Position numbers and translations under genes: made by a program
Notes under the pieces: model-generated
The model's input: only the letters and a program-made list of their open reading frames with translations
Told to the model about the DNA's origin: nothing
Databases searched by the model: none
Part shown: in pieces, positions 12,496 to 25,773 of the stretch
Numbering within the stretch: the first letter of the stretch is position 1
Layout: each line of letters begins with the position of its first letter
Assembly: GCA_028534125.1 (NCBI GenBank)
Contig: CM052818.1
Coordinates: 6,388,001-6,452,000, forward strand
Length of the DNA stretch: 64,000 nucleotides
DNA from: Lama glama
Lineage: Eukaryota
Reading direction: 5' to 3'

Positions 12496-12917
12496 GATGA
12501 ATGGATAAAGAAGATGCGGGTGTGGGTGTGTGTATATATATATATATATAATGGGATATTACTCAGCCATAAAAAAGAATGAAATAATGCCATTTGCAGC
12601 AACATGAATGGACCTCAAGATTATCATACTAAGTGAAGTAAGTCAGACAGACAAAGACAAATATATATTAGCACTCATATGTGGAATCTTAAAGACTGAA
12701 ACAAATTAATTTATTTGCAAAACAGAAAAAGACTCACAGACACAGAAAACAAACTGGTTACCAAAGGGGAAAGGAGGAGGATAAAATAGGAATTTGGGAT
12801 TAATAGATACACACCACTATACACATAATAGATAAACAACAAGGACTTACTGTATAGCACAGGGAACCATATTCATTATCTTGCAATAGCCTATAATGGA
12901 AAAGAATCTGAAAAAGA

Positions 12918-12950
<33 letters not shown>

Positions 12951-13055
12951 TATATACAAACACACACACACACATACACACACACATATATCTGAATCAC
13001 TTTGCTGTACACCTGAAGCACTGTAAATCAACTATACTTCAATTAAAAAAAAAAA
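12496..13055 (+). mobile_element. 5'-truncated artiodactyl-type L1 3' end with poly(A)
   Basis: L1 3'UTR motifs, end ctgtaaatcaactatacttcaatt(A)n; diverged TSD aaaactctgttttgtgg (12479-12495) / aaaactcagttccgtgg (13056-13072); internal TA/CA microsatellite. Confidence 0.95.
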
Positions 13056-13749
13056 AAAACTCAGTTCCGTGGCAGAGTGAGGAAGCTTTCCAAGGCGTAG
13101 CCTTGACCTTCAATTTCCCCTACCCTCTCTGGCATGATGCTCTAGGCTTTATAACAGGCCATGAAAGACTGAGGCAGGTCTCACCACGTCACTTGGAATC
13201 CAACATAGACTGGAGGGTCTTTCATCACTGAAGTTCTGGCATGAGGCAAACCATCTCCTTCTCCCAGATAAAAGAGAGAAAAGCCCGTTCCAGGGCTAGG
13301 GTAACCTCCTCATTCTTTACACAGGGCCAAGAGTCCTGATGAGGGCTCCTCACTGAGGGTAAGTCACTCAGTCGCTTAATCCTAACTTTAAGCCCAATTT
13401 AAAAGCTTTCAGAGTGGATCTTTGATTAGAAGGAAAATGTTGTTTAATTGAAAAGGCTGCTTTTCAGGAACAGTTGGTGTTTCCCCAAGGGGCAGTCATT
13501 TTAAAGCAGTCCTACTAATGGGAGTCTCTTGGGCTTAAATGTCAGCAGCACAAGTGCTGGCTCTGGGCTTTGGCAGGTACCAGGGGCCTGGCTGGCCTCG
13601 CAGCTCATTTAAAGTAAGTAGACGCTTGAAAAGAGGAAGCTAAACCAAGTCCGAGCAAAGCGTCTGACACGGGGCCCGCCCCTAAGCTGGTCACTGACGG
13701 TGCATGAGTGTAAGACCACCATTTATCACAATATGAGGCTGTTACTGAC

Positions 13750-14000
13750 TGTTCACTCACAGAACCGCATTTACTGAGCACCTACTGTGTGCTGGCACTA
13801 GAGCAGTCACTGAGCCAGTCACCAGAAATGAATAAGATGTGGTCCTGGCCCTCAGAGAGATCAGATGGCATCTTTAGAAGATCTCTCAGCCAAAAAGGTA
13901 CAGGAAATGGACCAGCAAGGGTTAAGATAAGAGGGAGGGAGGCAAATAAGGAGGCTGTTGCTGCATCACAAACCAGAGAGGTAGACAGATGGAATCAGGA
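13750..14000 (-). mobile_element. L2 fragment
   Basis: catttactgagcacctactgtgtgctggcac...atgaataagatgtggtcctggccctc. Confidence 0.85.
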
Positions 14001-14642
14001 GGTATCGGCAGGTAAAGTCAACAGGTACCATTCCTCCACAGCTTCAAATTTAGCCTTCCTCAAATTTGCTTTGGTCAGTGGCTCTTCAGTGCCCTCAACA
14101 TAATTTTGAAACTCTTTTGTCTGGCTTTCAAAACATGCTACAACCAGTTTCACCCCATCTCTCCACTGGACCCCCACTATAACTCAGCATGAACGCCTCT
14201 GCTACCCTCTCACCAACCTGTCAGGCTGATGCTCACCAGCGTCCAGAGAGCCCCACCACCATGCTTAGCTCTCACTGTTTAACTCCCCTGGAGCGTCCCT
14301 GCAGCTCCTCGCCACCTGCCCACATTCCACTGCGCTCCCGGGTCCAGCAGTACACGACTCATGGGCGATGCTTCCCCAGAGTCCTCCAGCCCCACTGGTC
14401 TCAGTAACGTATTGACTACTTCATTCTATTTGCACTCCATCCCGGAGGGCCCCGTGATTTTCAACGTGTTCTCTTATTTCTTTTTGCTTTTAATAAAATG
14501 GTTCACCTTTCAGAAGTATCCCTATAGCATATATGTACAGATTAAATAATAATAATAAAAGGAAACATGTACATCCTCCTTTGGGGTTCAGGAACAGACA
14601 TTACCAAGATACCTGAAGCTCCTATTTGCTCCTCCCTGGTGG

Positions 14643-14644
<2 letters not shown>

Positions 14645-14682
<38 letters not shown>
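14645..14682. repeat. (GT)19 microsatellite
   Basis: Perfect dinucleotide run. Confidence 0.98.
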
Positions 14683-14684
<2 letters not shown>

Positions 14685-16889
14685 ATCCTGTGGCTGTTCC
14701 TAACACAACAGAACCGAAAATAAGACCCAAGGAACACAAGCAATCTTCCCCATCTTTTGCGTCTTCCACAGCAACTGTCACAATACTTTCTATACTAAAA
14801 ATCTGGGCATGCAACCAGCCAGTGTGACTGTACTTGTGGGAAAAGGAAAGTGAGGATTTTACATCAGGTCTGTCTGGAATAATCCCGGTCACAGAGTCAC
14901 TAACCCCTTAGCGCTTGGCAGACTCTCCACCACGAGACAAGGCCCTCAGTGAATATTTATTTAATTTAATTCTGGTTTTACTTCATCGAGTGGATTTACC
15001 ATAGATTCCGGTCAATGTCAGACATAGAACTATTGTACTAAGCAAGTGGTCCTCAACCCCTCGCCCCACAAAGTGTGCGCTGACATCCACTGGGGTATAG
15101 GAAGAAACATGAGAAATTCTGTTTATAATGAGGTTTTTCTGAGCCTTGTAAAGGTTTTAAACTGGGGTATATATCTTATGTATCTAACATACGTAGTACG
15201 TGTGTGTAAGTGCAGCACGCACCACGTGGCACCACATCACACAGGAGCATGGGAGTGCCCGGCACTGAGGCACGCGCTCACACCTAGCCACGATGGGCCA
15301 CAGGGGAACAAAGTGAGAGACCCAAAGTGGGGTCTCCCCATGAGCTCCTAGGGCTCATCCATTCATCCATTCAATCATCAAAAAAAAAATTTATTGCTCC
15401 CTCATGTGTACCATGCCCTGTTGCCCAAATTGCATCAGAGACAACAGAGCAGCCCTCTCTCAGAGGCTGGTCATGCCCAGTCCTGTCCTGCTGCCCGTGG
15501 GACTCGGCTGCTTCGTGGCTCAGATGACTGGTGTATGACGACACTGAGCTGCCCAGAGGAGAAAATGCACATCCCACTATGCACCCCCTCGTAAGAGGAA
15601 GAAGATGAAAGAGGTCAGCCAGGCCTGGGCTCCTAATCCTGCTCACGAGTGCTTCCCGCTCACTGCGAGCTCACAGCAACCATTTAACGTGGCTCTTTCA
15701 CTCACTCCTGGCCTTTTCCACCAGCAAAGACGGGTGTTACCTTCCTGACAGATGCATGAGACGCTCCTGCCCCTCAAAGATGCCTCCCCGCTGCCCCTAG
15801 ATGTCTGAAAACACTCTCAGAATGAGACATTTTTACAGATAAGATAAGGAATGTGATTTTTAAATATCCCTGCCATGGGGTAAGGTAACCTATTAAGCTT
15901 GCACTAAGTTGTAAATGACGTGTATCCGATACGCTCTAGGGAGCCAGTTTTGCTAGAGAGAGAGATGGGAAAGAAGATAACAGCGGAGAACGCGTCTATG
16001 GTACCTACAGGGGAAGTGAGAGGGTCTCATGGATGCAAAAGCAGCCTTGGAAAGGAGACACCACTGGCCACTGGGCCAGGGAAGGAATGCTGAACTTGTC
16101 CACTTTGCCAAGGGCTGTTTCAGGCCAGCACTTGCCCACTGGCCTCAAAACCTTACTTACTACAGAGGATGTCAGTGCTGCAGGGAGAGGTACCTGGGCT
16201 AGGCTAGACCCCAGTGTCCTAACCACTGGTCCAAATCCTCATCCAAAGAGACTTCAGCAAACCTGGTGATGGAGGCGAGTAAACAAAACGAGATTAAAAA
16301 CTCTCAACCCCATTATCCATTTTGAAAATCTAGCTGGATTCCGTGCTCTAAATGTTTGGAACCACGAGCTCCTCTCTCCCCTCTGGGGTTCTGATATAAC
16401 ATCCTTGGCACTCAGAGTGTTGCCAGAGGTGAGGAGGCAGCAGGAACAACTCTCATCCACAGCCCATCCCAGAGGCGAACCTGGGGACAATGCACTGCTG
16501 TTTTGCTGGACAAAATGAGACAAAGAGTCTGCAAGTCTTGCGGTTAAATGGCCTGTGACAATTTGGGGGAAAGACAGAAAAGAGCAGTATCCAAATGCAC
16601 CTTCCTGCTTGCTGAGGCTGAGGGACTGAAACAGCCAGGTAGTTACAGAGAATTCAGGCACAAGCCCAGCTGACCGCGTTCATCTGCAACTTCAGAAGGG
16701 TGATCAGCTCAGTAAGAGGAGTTTCCACACGGACTTTACTTCATTTTAAACCATTTCTCTTCAGAATTAACTGATATTAGGACTGTTTACTCAAATCATG
16801 AGCTCTATTTTAAAGATGAAGAGATACCATTTTAATATATTGACTTTTGAAAACCATATATATAGTTATAAATAAACTAGAATAAATAC

Positions 16890-17254
16890 AGTTAGTTAGC
16901 TACTTAGCTAGGAAATGCCACAGACTAACTGGCTCAAATGGCAGAAATGTATTTTCCCACAGTTCTGGAAGCTAAAGGCCTGAGATCAGAGTGCCCACAG
17001 GCACTTTTTTCTCCTCTGAAGCCTCCCCCCTTGGCTTGTGGGTGCCACTTTCTCCCTGTCTTCGCACGGTCTTCCCTCTGTGTACATCCGAGTCCACATT
17101 TTCTCTTCTTATAAGGACTCTGGATTAGGGCCCACCCTAATGACCTCATTCACCTCTTGAATGACCCCAACTCCAAATACAGTCACATTCGGAGGCACCG
17201 GGGTTAGGACTTCAACATGTGAACTTTAGGAGGACATAATTCAGCCTGTATACA
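16890..17254 (-). mobile_element. MLT1 (MaLR) solo LTR, MLT1A/B-like
   Basis: cacagttctggaagct...cttataaggac..ggattagggcccaccctaatgacctc...ccaaatacagtcacattc. Confidence 0.9.
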
Positions 17255-19344
17255 GTGTACTGTGCACAGGTAACTAATTATCTGGGCCCTGATTGTCACA
17301 AGTTTCCTTAAAGTTTCCTACAAAATCTGAGTACAAGGCATGCGGCAGTGTTTCTAGTCAAATTCTTGTACATTCTTAATAGAAATGAAGATGGTCTGTA
17401 GATTACAATCTAGAATTCACACAGAGGATAACACACACGGCATTAGGATAATTCTCCTCAAAGGAACAGCTACTCTTTAATTCTGAACATTTTAAGACAT
17501 CCAGAATCACTTTCCCTAAGCAATTATGATTTTATAAAATGCTGTCAAGACCACTGCAAAGTTTTACTGCCCAGACAGAGCTAAATGCCTGGAGCTTTGA
17601 GCGGTGATTTATTATTTACTCTGGAGGTAAGTTGCTAAGCAAGATTTATTCGGTGAGAACAGAGCCATCCGTAACAGTACAATACGTGTGTGACTGCAAG
17701 GGGGATTCTTTTTCAAGAAGAAGGGTGTTCTCCATAAGAAGAAAAATTTATCTTTCTGTAAGCATTCACCCTTTTGTGGAATCGAGGGTACCACTATGCA
17801 TTTGACAAACCATTTTGCCTTCAAATGTTCTCATTTGAATTTTAGCTTTGAGAAATTTTCAAAACAAAAATAGTGGGAGAACAAAACGCAGTTTCATTGA
17901 TGGAATCTGTTGAGTACCTGCTTTACCTACACGGGGCTTTTATTTCCTGGAGAGTTGCTTCATTGCACTACACTGGCCTAACCCACGCATTCATCCCCAT
18001 CTTGAAGCAACTCCGGATTCCTAAGAAAAAAGAGAACGCTGATAATGCATATTTGCCAACTTGGGTTTTCAGAATCGGTAACAAGAACTAGAGACCAAAT
18101 GCTGGCCTGCTTCCGTCCCCTAGTGGTCATAAGACACCACTGCTTTTTGCTAAAGGGAGCTGGGAGAGCTGGGACCAGTGAAAGTGGCTGCCCCTACATC
18201 ACCCCTCCTTTAGCAACCTATTCCCCAGGATACCCACGGCCCTCTAGCTGCCCTCTCCCAGGCACAGAAGAGGAAAATGATAAACTCATTCACATTAAGA
18301 TGCCAGGACTAAAACCTTTCCTTCTCCCCAAACTGTCGGCATTTTAACGAAAGCACTGAAGCGAAAAGGCAATGCTGCTTAACCCAAAAGAATAAATCAC
18401 CAACAGCGGAAATTTAAGCTTAAAGAGAGACTTTCTTCCCTAGGCCTTTTTGTATTGGTCTTTTTGTTTTGTTTTGCTTTGTTCTGTATTTTGGAGGAAT
18501 GCCTTTGAAAAGTCATCCAGTGCCTCAGTTTCTCTGATGCATCACCGCCCCTTCTATAATCTGGTGGACGGTGGTGGGAGGGGCGGGGGAGGGATCAGCA
18601 GAGGACCCAGGAAAGTGTTCCACTTCCCAGACTTCTCCCCTCTGGAGTCAGCTGCTCCCACTCCTGTGCCCGGCTGGAAGGTACGGCTCTGGGTGGCCAC
18701 CGTGTCCAACAGGGCAGCTCACCCCGCAGACACGAAGTGGGTGGAAACATGAGTAAGGAATGTGTTGGTAGGACTCCAACCACCCTCCCACAGCTGCTCC
18801 CAGGACTCCCGGCCCGCAGTTTCTCGGCAGGTCAGGGAGTTCTTCAGGCAGGTAGCCAATCCCCACGATGGCTCTACATCAGGGAGGTGGGGTTGAGCAA
18901 AGGGAGTTAGGCTAGGAGGCGGCTCTGGGAAGCTTGAGAAGCCCCAGGCAGTGTTACTGAACTTTGGCTTGGGTGGGTCATTAATCAGTCACCTCCCAAG
19001 TATTGGAAACCAGCCTCTCCCCTACCAGGAGCAATGCCAGACGGTCGCCCCCGCCACCAGTGCCCAAGTTCAACCTAGACAGAACCATGGAGAAAACGGA
19101 AAGAATGCAGAGAGGGAGGGCCGCTTTGTGTGCCCGTGTAGCTTGCTGAGAGGCCACAGGGGCCCACTGCTGCCTCCAGTCCATCGTCACCAGCTCCCAG
19201 AGACATGGAGTCCATGGGGGCAGAAGCTGGCGGACAGTGGCTGGCAGCTGGAGTCAAAGGGCTGATTTCAACTGCGTGGAATAGCAAGCTGTGGGCAGAA
19301 TCTGGTGTCAGGCAGTCCTGAGTTTGGCAACTCTGACGACTTCT

Positions 19345-19640
19345 ACTCCATCCTTCAGTCGTCAGCTCAAAGGTTACACCCCTAGGAATACCCTCTCTGA
19401 CCCCACAAATTAGATTAGATCCCCTTTTTATGAACCTTTTAATCCCTAATAATTTTTATCATAACATGTATCACCGTTTGTAATTTTATCATTTATGTGT
19501 GGGATGATTTGTCTCGTTTTTCTCCCCTACTGCATTCTAAGCTCAGCGAGGGCAGAGATCACATCCCTTTTGTTTACCATCTATTCCCAGGGACTAGAAC
19601 AGAGAATACTCTCAATTAGGATTTGAGAAATGAATGAATT
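19345..19640 (+). mobile_element. L2 3' end, followed by MIR fragment to about 19770
   Basis: taagctcagcgagggcagagatc...gaaatgaatgaat tail. Confidence 0.8.
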
Positions 19641-22120
19641 ATACTGAGCCTTTATCATTTACAAAATGGGATGTTAGTACCTTCCTTATAGGTTTCACGT
19701 GAGGATTTAATGAATCAATATATTTGTGAAAATTCTACCCTGAGTCTGACACAGAGAAGGGCTCAGAAGAGGGGCGTTCCTTGGCCACTATCTCTTCATA
19801 GACCCACAAAAGGTGGGCAGGTGTCCCTGACCACCAGATGTGCCACTCAACAACGAACTTCGCCAAAATGGAAAACCAGAAAGCTGAAGAATCCAGAGAT
19901 TCCCGTCACAAATGCCTGAATAATCAAAACTAGTTGGCACATTACAATTCATCACCTCTTCTCTCTAGGTGTCCCCTGATGGCAGGAAAAGTTATCTTCA
20001 GCTTCCCTCTCCTTTCCATCCCAGATAGAAAGTAGCCAGAGGGGCTGTAAATCCATTCCTAACATTTTCAGTTGTTTGAGTTATGTTCTACCAGAATTAA
20101 GAAGGTGACTTTAAAAACATGAAGGAGAAATAAAGGTTGCACTTCCCAGAGCAGAGTACAGGTGTAAAATGAAACTGAACTTTTAATATGAAACCGCTCT
20201 GGAAGAAAAAGGACTAGAGATATTTTTATAGAATACTTGCATTCTGGGTGACTTTTTAAAATCCAGGGTTCAACTTGCATGACACTGAGGCATAAGTCTA
20301 CCACTTAATGACATTTACAACTCTGTAACAATACGCTTTTTATAAATTACTGCTGAGGCTTAACATTTCTGATTATGATATATAGAATAAAGTGATGTCA
20401 TAAAGGCGAAGTTTTTAAGTTACGATCTGTCCTGTTGCTTTAAATAAGAAGATTTCTGGAGACAATTGCCTTGATGAATATAAACTCAAATGAACCTTGA
20501 ATCTCTTCAATTATTCTTATTTAGAATTCATTTTCCTTTGAACTTTCATTTAACTCCAAGCACAATCGTTCCACTGTAAATCAAATGCGAGCTTGTCTTC
20601 CCTGCAATAACAAGTATGCTTTAAATAATGAAGCAACACCTATGATCATAAAAGATAATGTTTCAATGCACCAAAATACAAAAGATAAAGAGATTTATTA
20701 TCTTCGTGCAGTAATGATGAGTTTAGTATTTTTGTAGCAACACACACCTCTGTTCCCAACAACACTCTGACTTTTTGGTGTTTTTCCTTTCCCAGAAGAC
20801 TAAGGTGCCTTATTATCAATGAGATAAACCCACGATTCAACACACAGTGCTGCTGGTGCCTGAGAAGGTCAGCTTTCTCCCTGCTCTGCTTCCCGAGTAG
20901 GCCAATGGGTATTAATTTCTCTCAACCTCCCTGGCTCTCTGTCCCACCATGAAACGGCTGGGCTGAATCACCCTGAATTCATCCCAAGCTCTGAAGATTA
21001 GGGCACTATATGCCTTTCCTTTTGTGCAGAATTATGGCGAGGAACAACTGAGTTAATGGAGATGAATATACAGATGGTTTTCCCTCTGTATTTTGTAAAT
21101 ATCTCTCTACATGTCCATTATGCGAACTATGCTATCCAAGATAATACAGAAAACCCTGGAGCATCTGCAGGCAGGGACAGGTAAGACAGTGTGATAAAGA
21201 GGATCTTCCGGAGTTCCCATAATAAATTCTCTCGGGTGGGATGGGAACCCCACATTACAACAGGTCAAGTGGTCAAACTACCCCCAAACAAGAGCCTTCC
21301 TCCGCACTGAAAATCTCACCAGCAGGCAGGCAGGGCATGGAACTAAGCAGGTAGGCTGGGCGGCTGGAACGCGCTCTTCTTGTTATCTCTTCACGCACTC
21401 CATCTTCAAAGCGCTGTGACCTGTCTCCCATACACCCTCGGGTGTGGGATTTACATTTTCAATACTGGCCTTTATGACGTGGTGCTTTCTCCTGGTTAAT
21501 TGGTATCAGAGCAAAATGTTTGCCTCTCTCCTGAAATAAATCTCTCCAAGAGCTTCAATCACACATTCTTTTGTTCTATCCCTCATTTGAAATGGGCTCT
21601 ATAAAGCTGCCAGACCACGCTACATAATCTTTTGCCTCTCACATTTTTAAATCTGGGGGTTTATGCTTTAATAGCTTTGATGTGCTTACTATTCAGCCTG
21701 TTACTTAAACCACGTTCCTCCCCGTCCAACACCCAGTGCTCCCTCAGCCTTACAAGCCTGTACCCTCTGATGCTGAAAGGATTTATTTATCATCCAGAAC
21801 GTTTCCATAGTTTTGGAAACATATGTTTCGAAATTACATTCCAATATCTCATACTATGTTCTTTGTCTTGCATCTGTTCTGTAAAAGCAAACAAAATGCA
21901 CATAATTATATTCCAGTGGCTGCAAAGTCTACATCTTCCGCAAGAGTCGGTTCTTCCACAAAAAGTGAGTCACAGAACAAAGGTGCTTATGCCCCCCTTC
22001 CATGTCATCTGAATCACATTCTTGTGTTAATTAGAGCTAACCAGTGATAATAGCAAACTTCTGCCACAGAACTGTGAGACTCTGACTCCTTTCCAAAGTT
22101 ATTTCAATTGTACAGGATAC

Positions 22121-22272
22121 CTGTGTACTGAAAATCAGCAGTTGTTGAGAAACCAAGGCCTTGACAGAATACTCAACCTTGCATGGACAACATCTCAGTA
22201 ATCTTTCATCCTCCTGGGGTATGATCTGCATTAAATATAGTTTTAAAGCTGTGCTTCCCTCCGTGTAATATG
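22121..22272 (-). other. Candidate internal exon (152 nt; alternative acceptor at 22225 gives 105 nt)
   Basis: Acceptor ttgacttgtctttccaccag|C; donor CAG|GTATCC; repeat-free. Confidence 0.35.
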
Positions 22273-22448
22273 CTGGTGGAAAGACAAGTCAATGCTCAAC
22301 ACAAAGACACTCACCAAAAAAATAAATCTGAACAAAACATGGAGAAATAATACATTCCTTTTTCCTGTAACTGCTCCACCACACACCAGCTCCCTCCTGC
22401 CCAAGTCTTTCCCACCACGTGCACAACACACATACCACCTAAACATAA

Positions 22449-22572
22449 GTAACCCACGGTGAAAAAGAATATGAAAACGAATGTGAGTATGTACATGGAT
22501 GGCTGAACTACATGCTTTTCACCAGAAATTGACGCAACATTGTAAACTGACTATACTTCAGTTTAAAAAAAA
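22449..22572 (+). mobile_element. Short camelid-type L1 3' terminus
   Basis: ggtgaaaaagaatatgaaaacgaat...caccagaaattgacgcaacattgtaaactgactatacttcag + A tail. Confidence 0.85.
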
Positions 22573-22807
22573 TCATTTTACATCCACTGTGTTTTACTAG
22601 AATGTTAGGTCAAAATTAAATCAATTACAATTAAAACACTGAAAAAGCCCCTCAGAACTGAGAACTGCTATTCAGCCTATTAAAAATAAAATTTCACTAC
22701 TGAAACGTTTTCTCTCCTCGGGGTTCTGCCCTTGTTGCCATGATCCTCATACGCTTAGGTAATAAAAAAGATTTTGGAACTGAGAAGAGAGAGAAACCTG
22801 ATGCCTG

Positions 22808-23010
22808 CAGTGGTATGCTGGTAGGTATTTAAAACCAGCTTGAGTGAGAAAAAAAAAGACTTTCTGATTTGTAGCATTTGCTAATTTCCATGACATAAAT
22901 TCCTCCATCATGGCCAATTTCAAGCCACCAGTGTGATGTCGCTGAAGGACAGAGCTGGGAATATCCATGCTCGGCTGGCTCTGGCAAGGTGGTACGAGCT
23001 GGTTCCACTG
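22808..23010 (-). mobile_element. MER63A-like (hAT-Blackjack) DNA transposon
   Basis: cagtggtatgctggta...ctgatttgtagcatttgctaatttcc...catggccaatttcaagc...ggtacgagctggttccactg. Confidence 0.9.
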
Positions 23011-23889
23011 CTGGGCACCTGTGATTCCTCTTGGAGACTTAAAGATATTTCCAGCACCTCTGACATCTGGCAGAAGTTCTGGAGGAACTCTTGTGGTGTG
23101 CTCTCAACCAGGCTGTTTCTAGAACGGTTTTCAGACATTCCTGCCAATGTCTTGGACTAAAAATGCGCTTTATACCTATAAGGGATCATGGGTGGAGGAG
23201 AGGCCAGTACTAGTTACTGAGTCCAGCTGGTACGTAACAGAACCCACCTAAATCCTGGCCCCGATGTGACCAGTCCCCACATAAAGACACATTCAAAGAA
23301 AATGCCAAGATGATTCCAGAAGCCTTGAAAAACAGCATCAGTCTAGGGGTTTTCTTACAAAGTTTCATGCAAGCGCTTTACACAAAAATCTTCCCAATCA
23401 ACCCTCCTTAGACAACTCATTCTGTCTCCCAAGTTGTACAGTTAACGCTGAAGGCTGAAAGCACTCACACTCTTTCTCTCCTCCACATCCTCCCCCTCTC
23501 CCCATTCATACGCACCTGTGTGCACGCACACACATGCATGGGTCCCTCTTACCCCTTCACTACCCACCACCCTCACTGTCCACGGCTCCCCCCACAGGCA
23601 CAGCTCCCCAAAGGGCACCATTCTTCTCCCTGGCTGCTTTCCCTGAATTCTAGTGAATCACATTCTCTGTTCCATTACAGTCACACGAGATACTTGTCAG
23701 TGTGACTTCTGCGGCGTCACAACAGTAAGAGGGAGCATTAATCTAGCTCCTATGCTATACGGCACTGAGCTGAGCACGTTACACCTGGAGACCCATGTAA
23801 GCCATGGAGCGGGGAGTCAAGCCAGGCTGGAGGGAACGTGGTCCTCACCACCGTCCTCTGCCAATTCTCCAGCCCATCTAAAGAAAAGT

Positions 23890-24065
23890 CACTGAGGGAA
23901 CTTGGGCAAGTCAAACTTTCTGAGCCTCAGTTTCCTCATCTGTAAATGGGGCTTATAACAGTACCTACCTCACAGGCTTTAGAGGAGAATGAAATGAGTT
24001 GATATATGTAAAGAGCTTAGTCCAGTGCCTGGCACATGATAAGAGTGATTATATGAGCTAAGTGT
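23890..24065 (+). mobile_element. MIR SINE
   Basis: cttgggcaagtc..tctgagcctcagtttcctcatctgtaaatgggg...cagtgcctggcaca. Confidence 0.92.
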
Positions 24066-25274
24066 TGACTAGTCAGTGTTAACTGGTACTGTCGGCTCCT
24101 CACAGCCAATAAAATCCCATGACCCCTTCACAGCGCCTTCTGATAGAGTCCTGGGGGTTGCAAAAGGGCCAGGTGGTAAATATTACAGTGAGGCCACATA
24201 CAGTCTCTGTCGCATAATCTTAGGAATTGTAAGTCTTGACAAATGTAAGAGACACAGGTGAATCAATCACACAGTCCCTCAGCAGGTGTTCACATTTCCC
24301 TGATGACAGGTGCCAGGTGCCTTTCTGGGTGTGAAGCTGCAAAGACGGAAGTGGGCGCTCGACCTCTGGGATACTCGTAGCCCGATTCCAAGACATCACA
24401 GCCCATGTGCGGTGGGTGCTTTAAAAAGGGAGGAAGGGAGCTGCTCTGGTTAGGGGAAGGTGATTGATGGGGAGGGGGTCCAAAGAGAAAAAGACACTTG
24501 AGCTTTACCTTGAAAGATGCAAGGAATTCACCGAGCAGACAGAGGCGTAGAGCAAGGAGGTCTTCGGAGAACAGCAGTGTCGGGATCAGGGGAGGCCGCA
24601 GAGTCCATGGGAGCCAGGCCTGGGAGGCACAGCCCAGCACACCCACCGTGGCCCTGAGACTCTATCCTGCAGGCCTCTAGCTTTTAGACTTTTCAACACA
24701 GAAAATTGTCTTCAGGCAAAACTTTATAATCTAGAGCCCTCAGTTCGTGTAAAACAAATCTGGCTGAAGCTGGGTGGTAAATCCAGAGCACCTGTCTCCT
24801 GCTGGCCTCCTTCCCCAAGGGCAGGTCGGGGCAGCCTCTGGGCCTCCCGGCAGCGCAGCTGGAAAGTCACAGGTCCTGGCAACGGGTAGCAAGCTCAGGG
24901 GCCATAGAAATGCTGCTGCAGAGGCTCCACTTAAACCCCTCTGAAGGCAATAAAATGCCACACATCTACTTCTACCTTGAACAGACATCCCGTTCTTTCC
25001 CAGCACTTTCGCCTTTGCCAGTTGCAGGCTGGCCCCATGCAACTTAACACTTCACTGCATACTGGCTTGGCTCATTTCCTGATTGTTTCTGGGGCATGTT
25101 TTCTCCCATCTAGGCGAGCTGGCCTGACGACGGGAAGCTCCCTCATCTTGCTTCACTTGTATCCCGCTCAACCAACAACACGGGGCCCGGAGGCGCTACT
25201 GAAGGGAGAGCTCTTCCAGCCCTAAGATTTCCATAGGAGGAACGTATTTTCAAACAGAATGAGAGCATTAACAC

Positions 25275-25773
25275 TGTCACCGAGTCCAAACTCGTTCTGC
25301 TCACCACACAACAGGCCAGGAAATCGGGAGACAAGGCACTGGGGCAAGGAATAGTGATTTTATTTGGAAAGCCAGCAGAACTAAGAAGATAGCAGGCTAA
25401 TGTCCTAGAGAACCATTTTCCTCAAGCCTGAATTTAGGCTCCTTTTAGACTGAAAAGGGAAGAGGGTGTGGTTGGCTGTTGCAAACTTCCTGCTGTCGGA
25501 ATCCTTTGTTCTAGGTCAGGTCATGATGTTCCTGTAAACCTCCAACAAGACAAATGCTATTCTCTGTTCTCTGCAATTCTTTCTCTCTATATGAATGGAA
25601 CAGTGTTATACCCTTAAAGGTCAGAGCCTTGAGAACGGGCTATCCTGTCTGTTTCAGGCTGTAGGCAACATTCTTTTACAAAAGCTGGAGAACCAGCGTG
25701 ACTAAGCACAGACAACAGAGCACAGGGTTAGAGCCAAAGGAACTATGGTGTCGGGTTTGTCTTCCCTATTACA
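25275..25773 (-). mobile_element. ERV1 solo LTR, MER41-like (cetartiodactyl type)
   Basis: TG...CA termini, 499 bp; tgtcaccgagtccaa..ggggcaaggaatagtgattttatttggaaagccagcag; polyA signal on -; TSD not clearly preserved. Confidence 0.8.
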
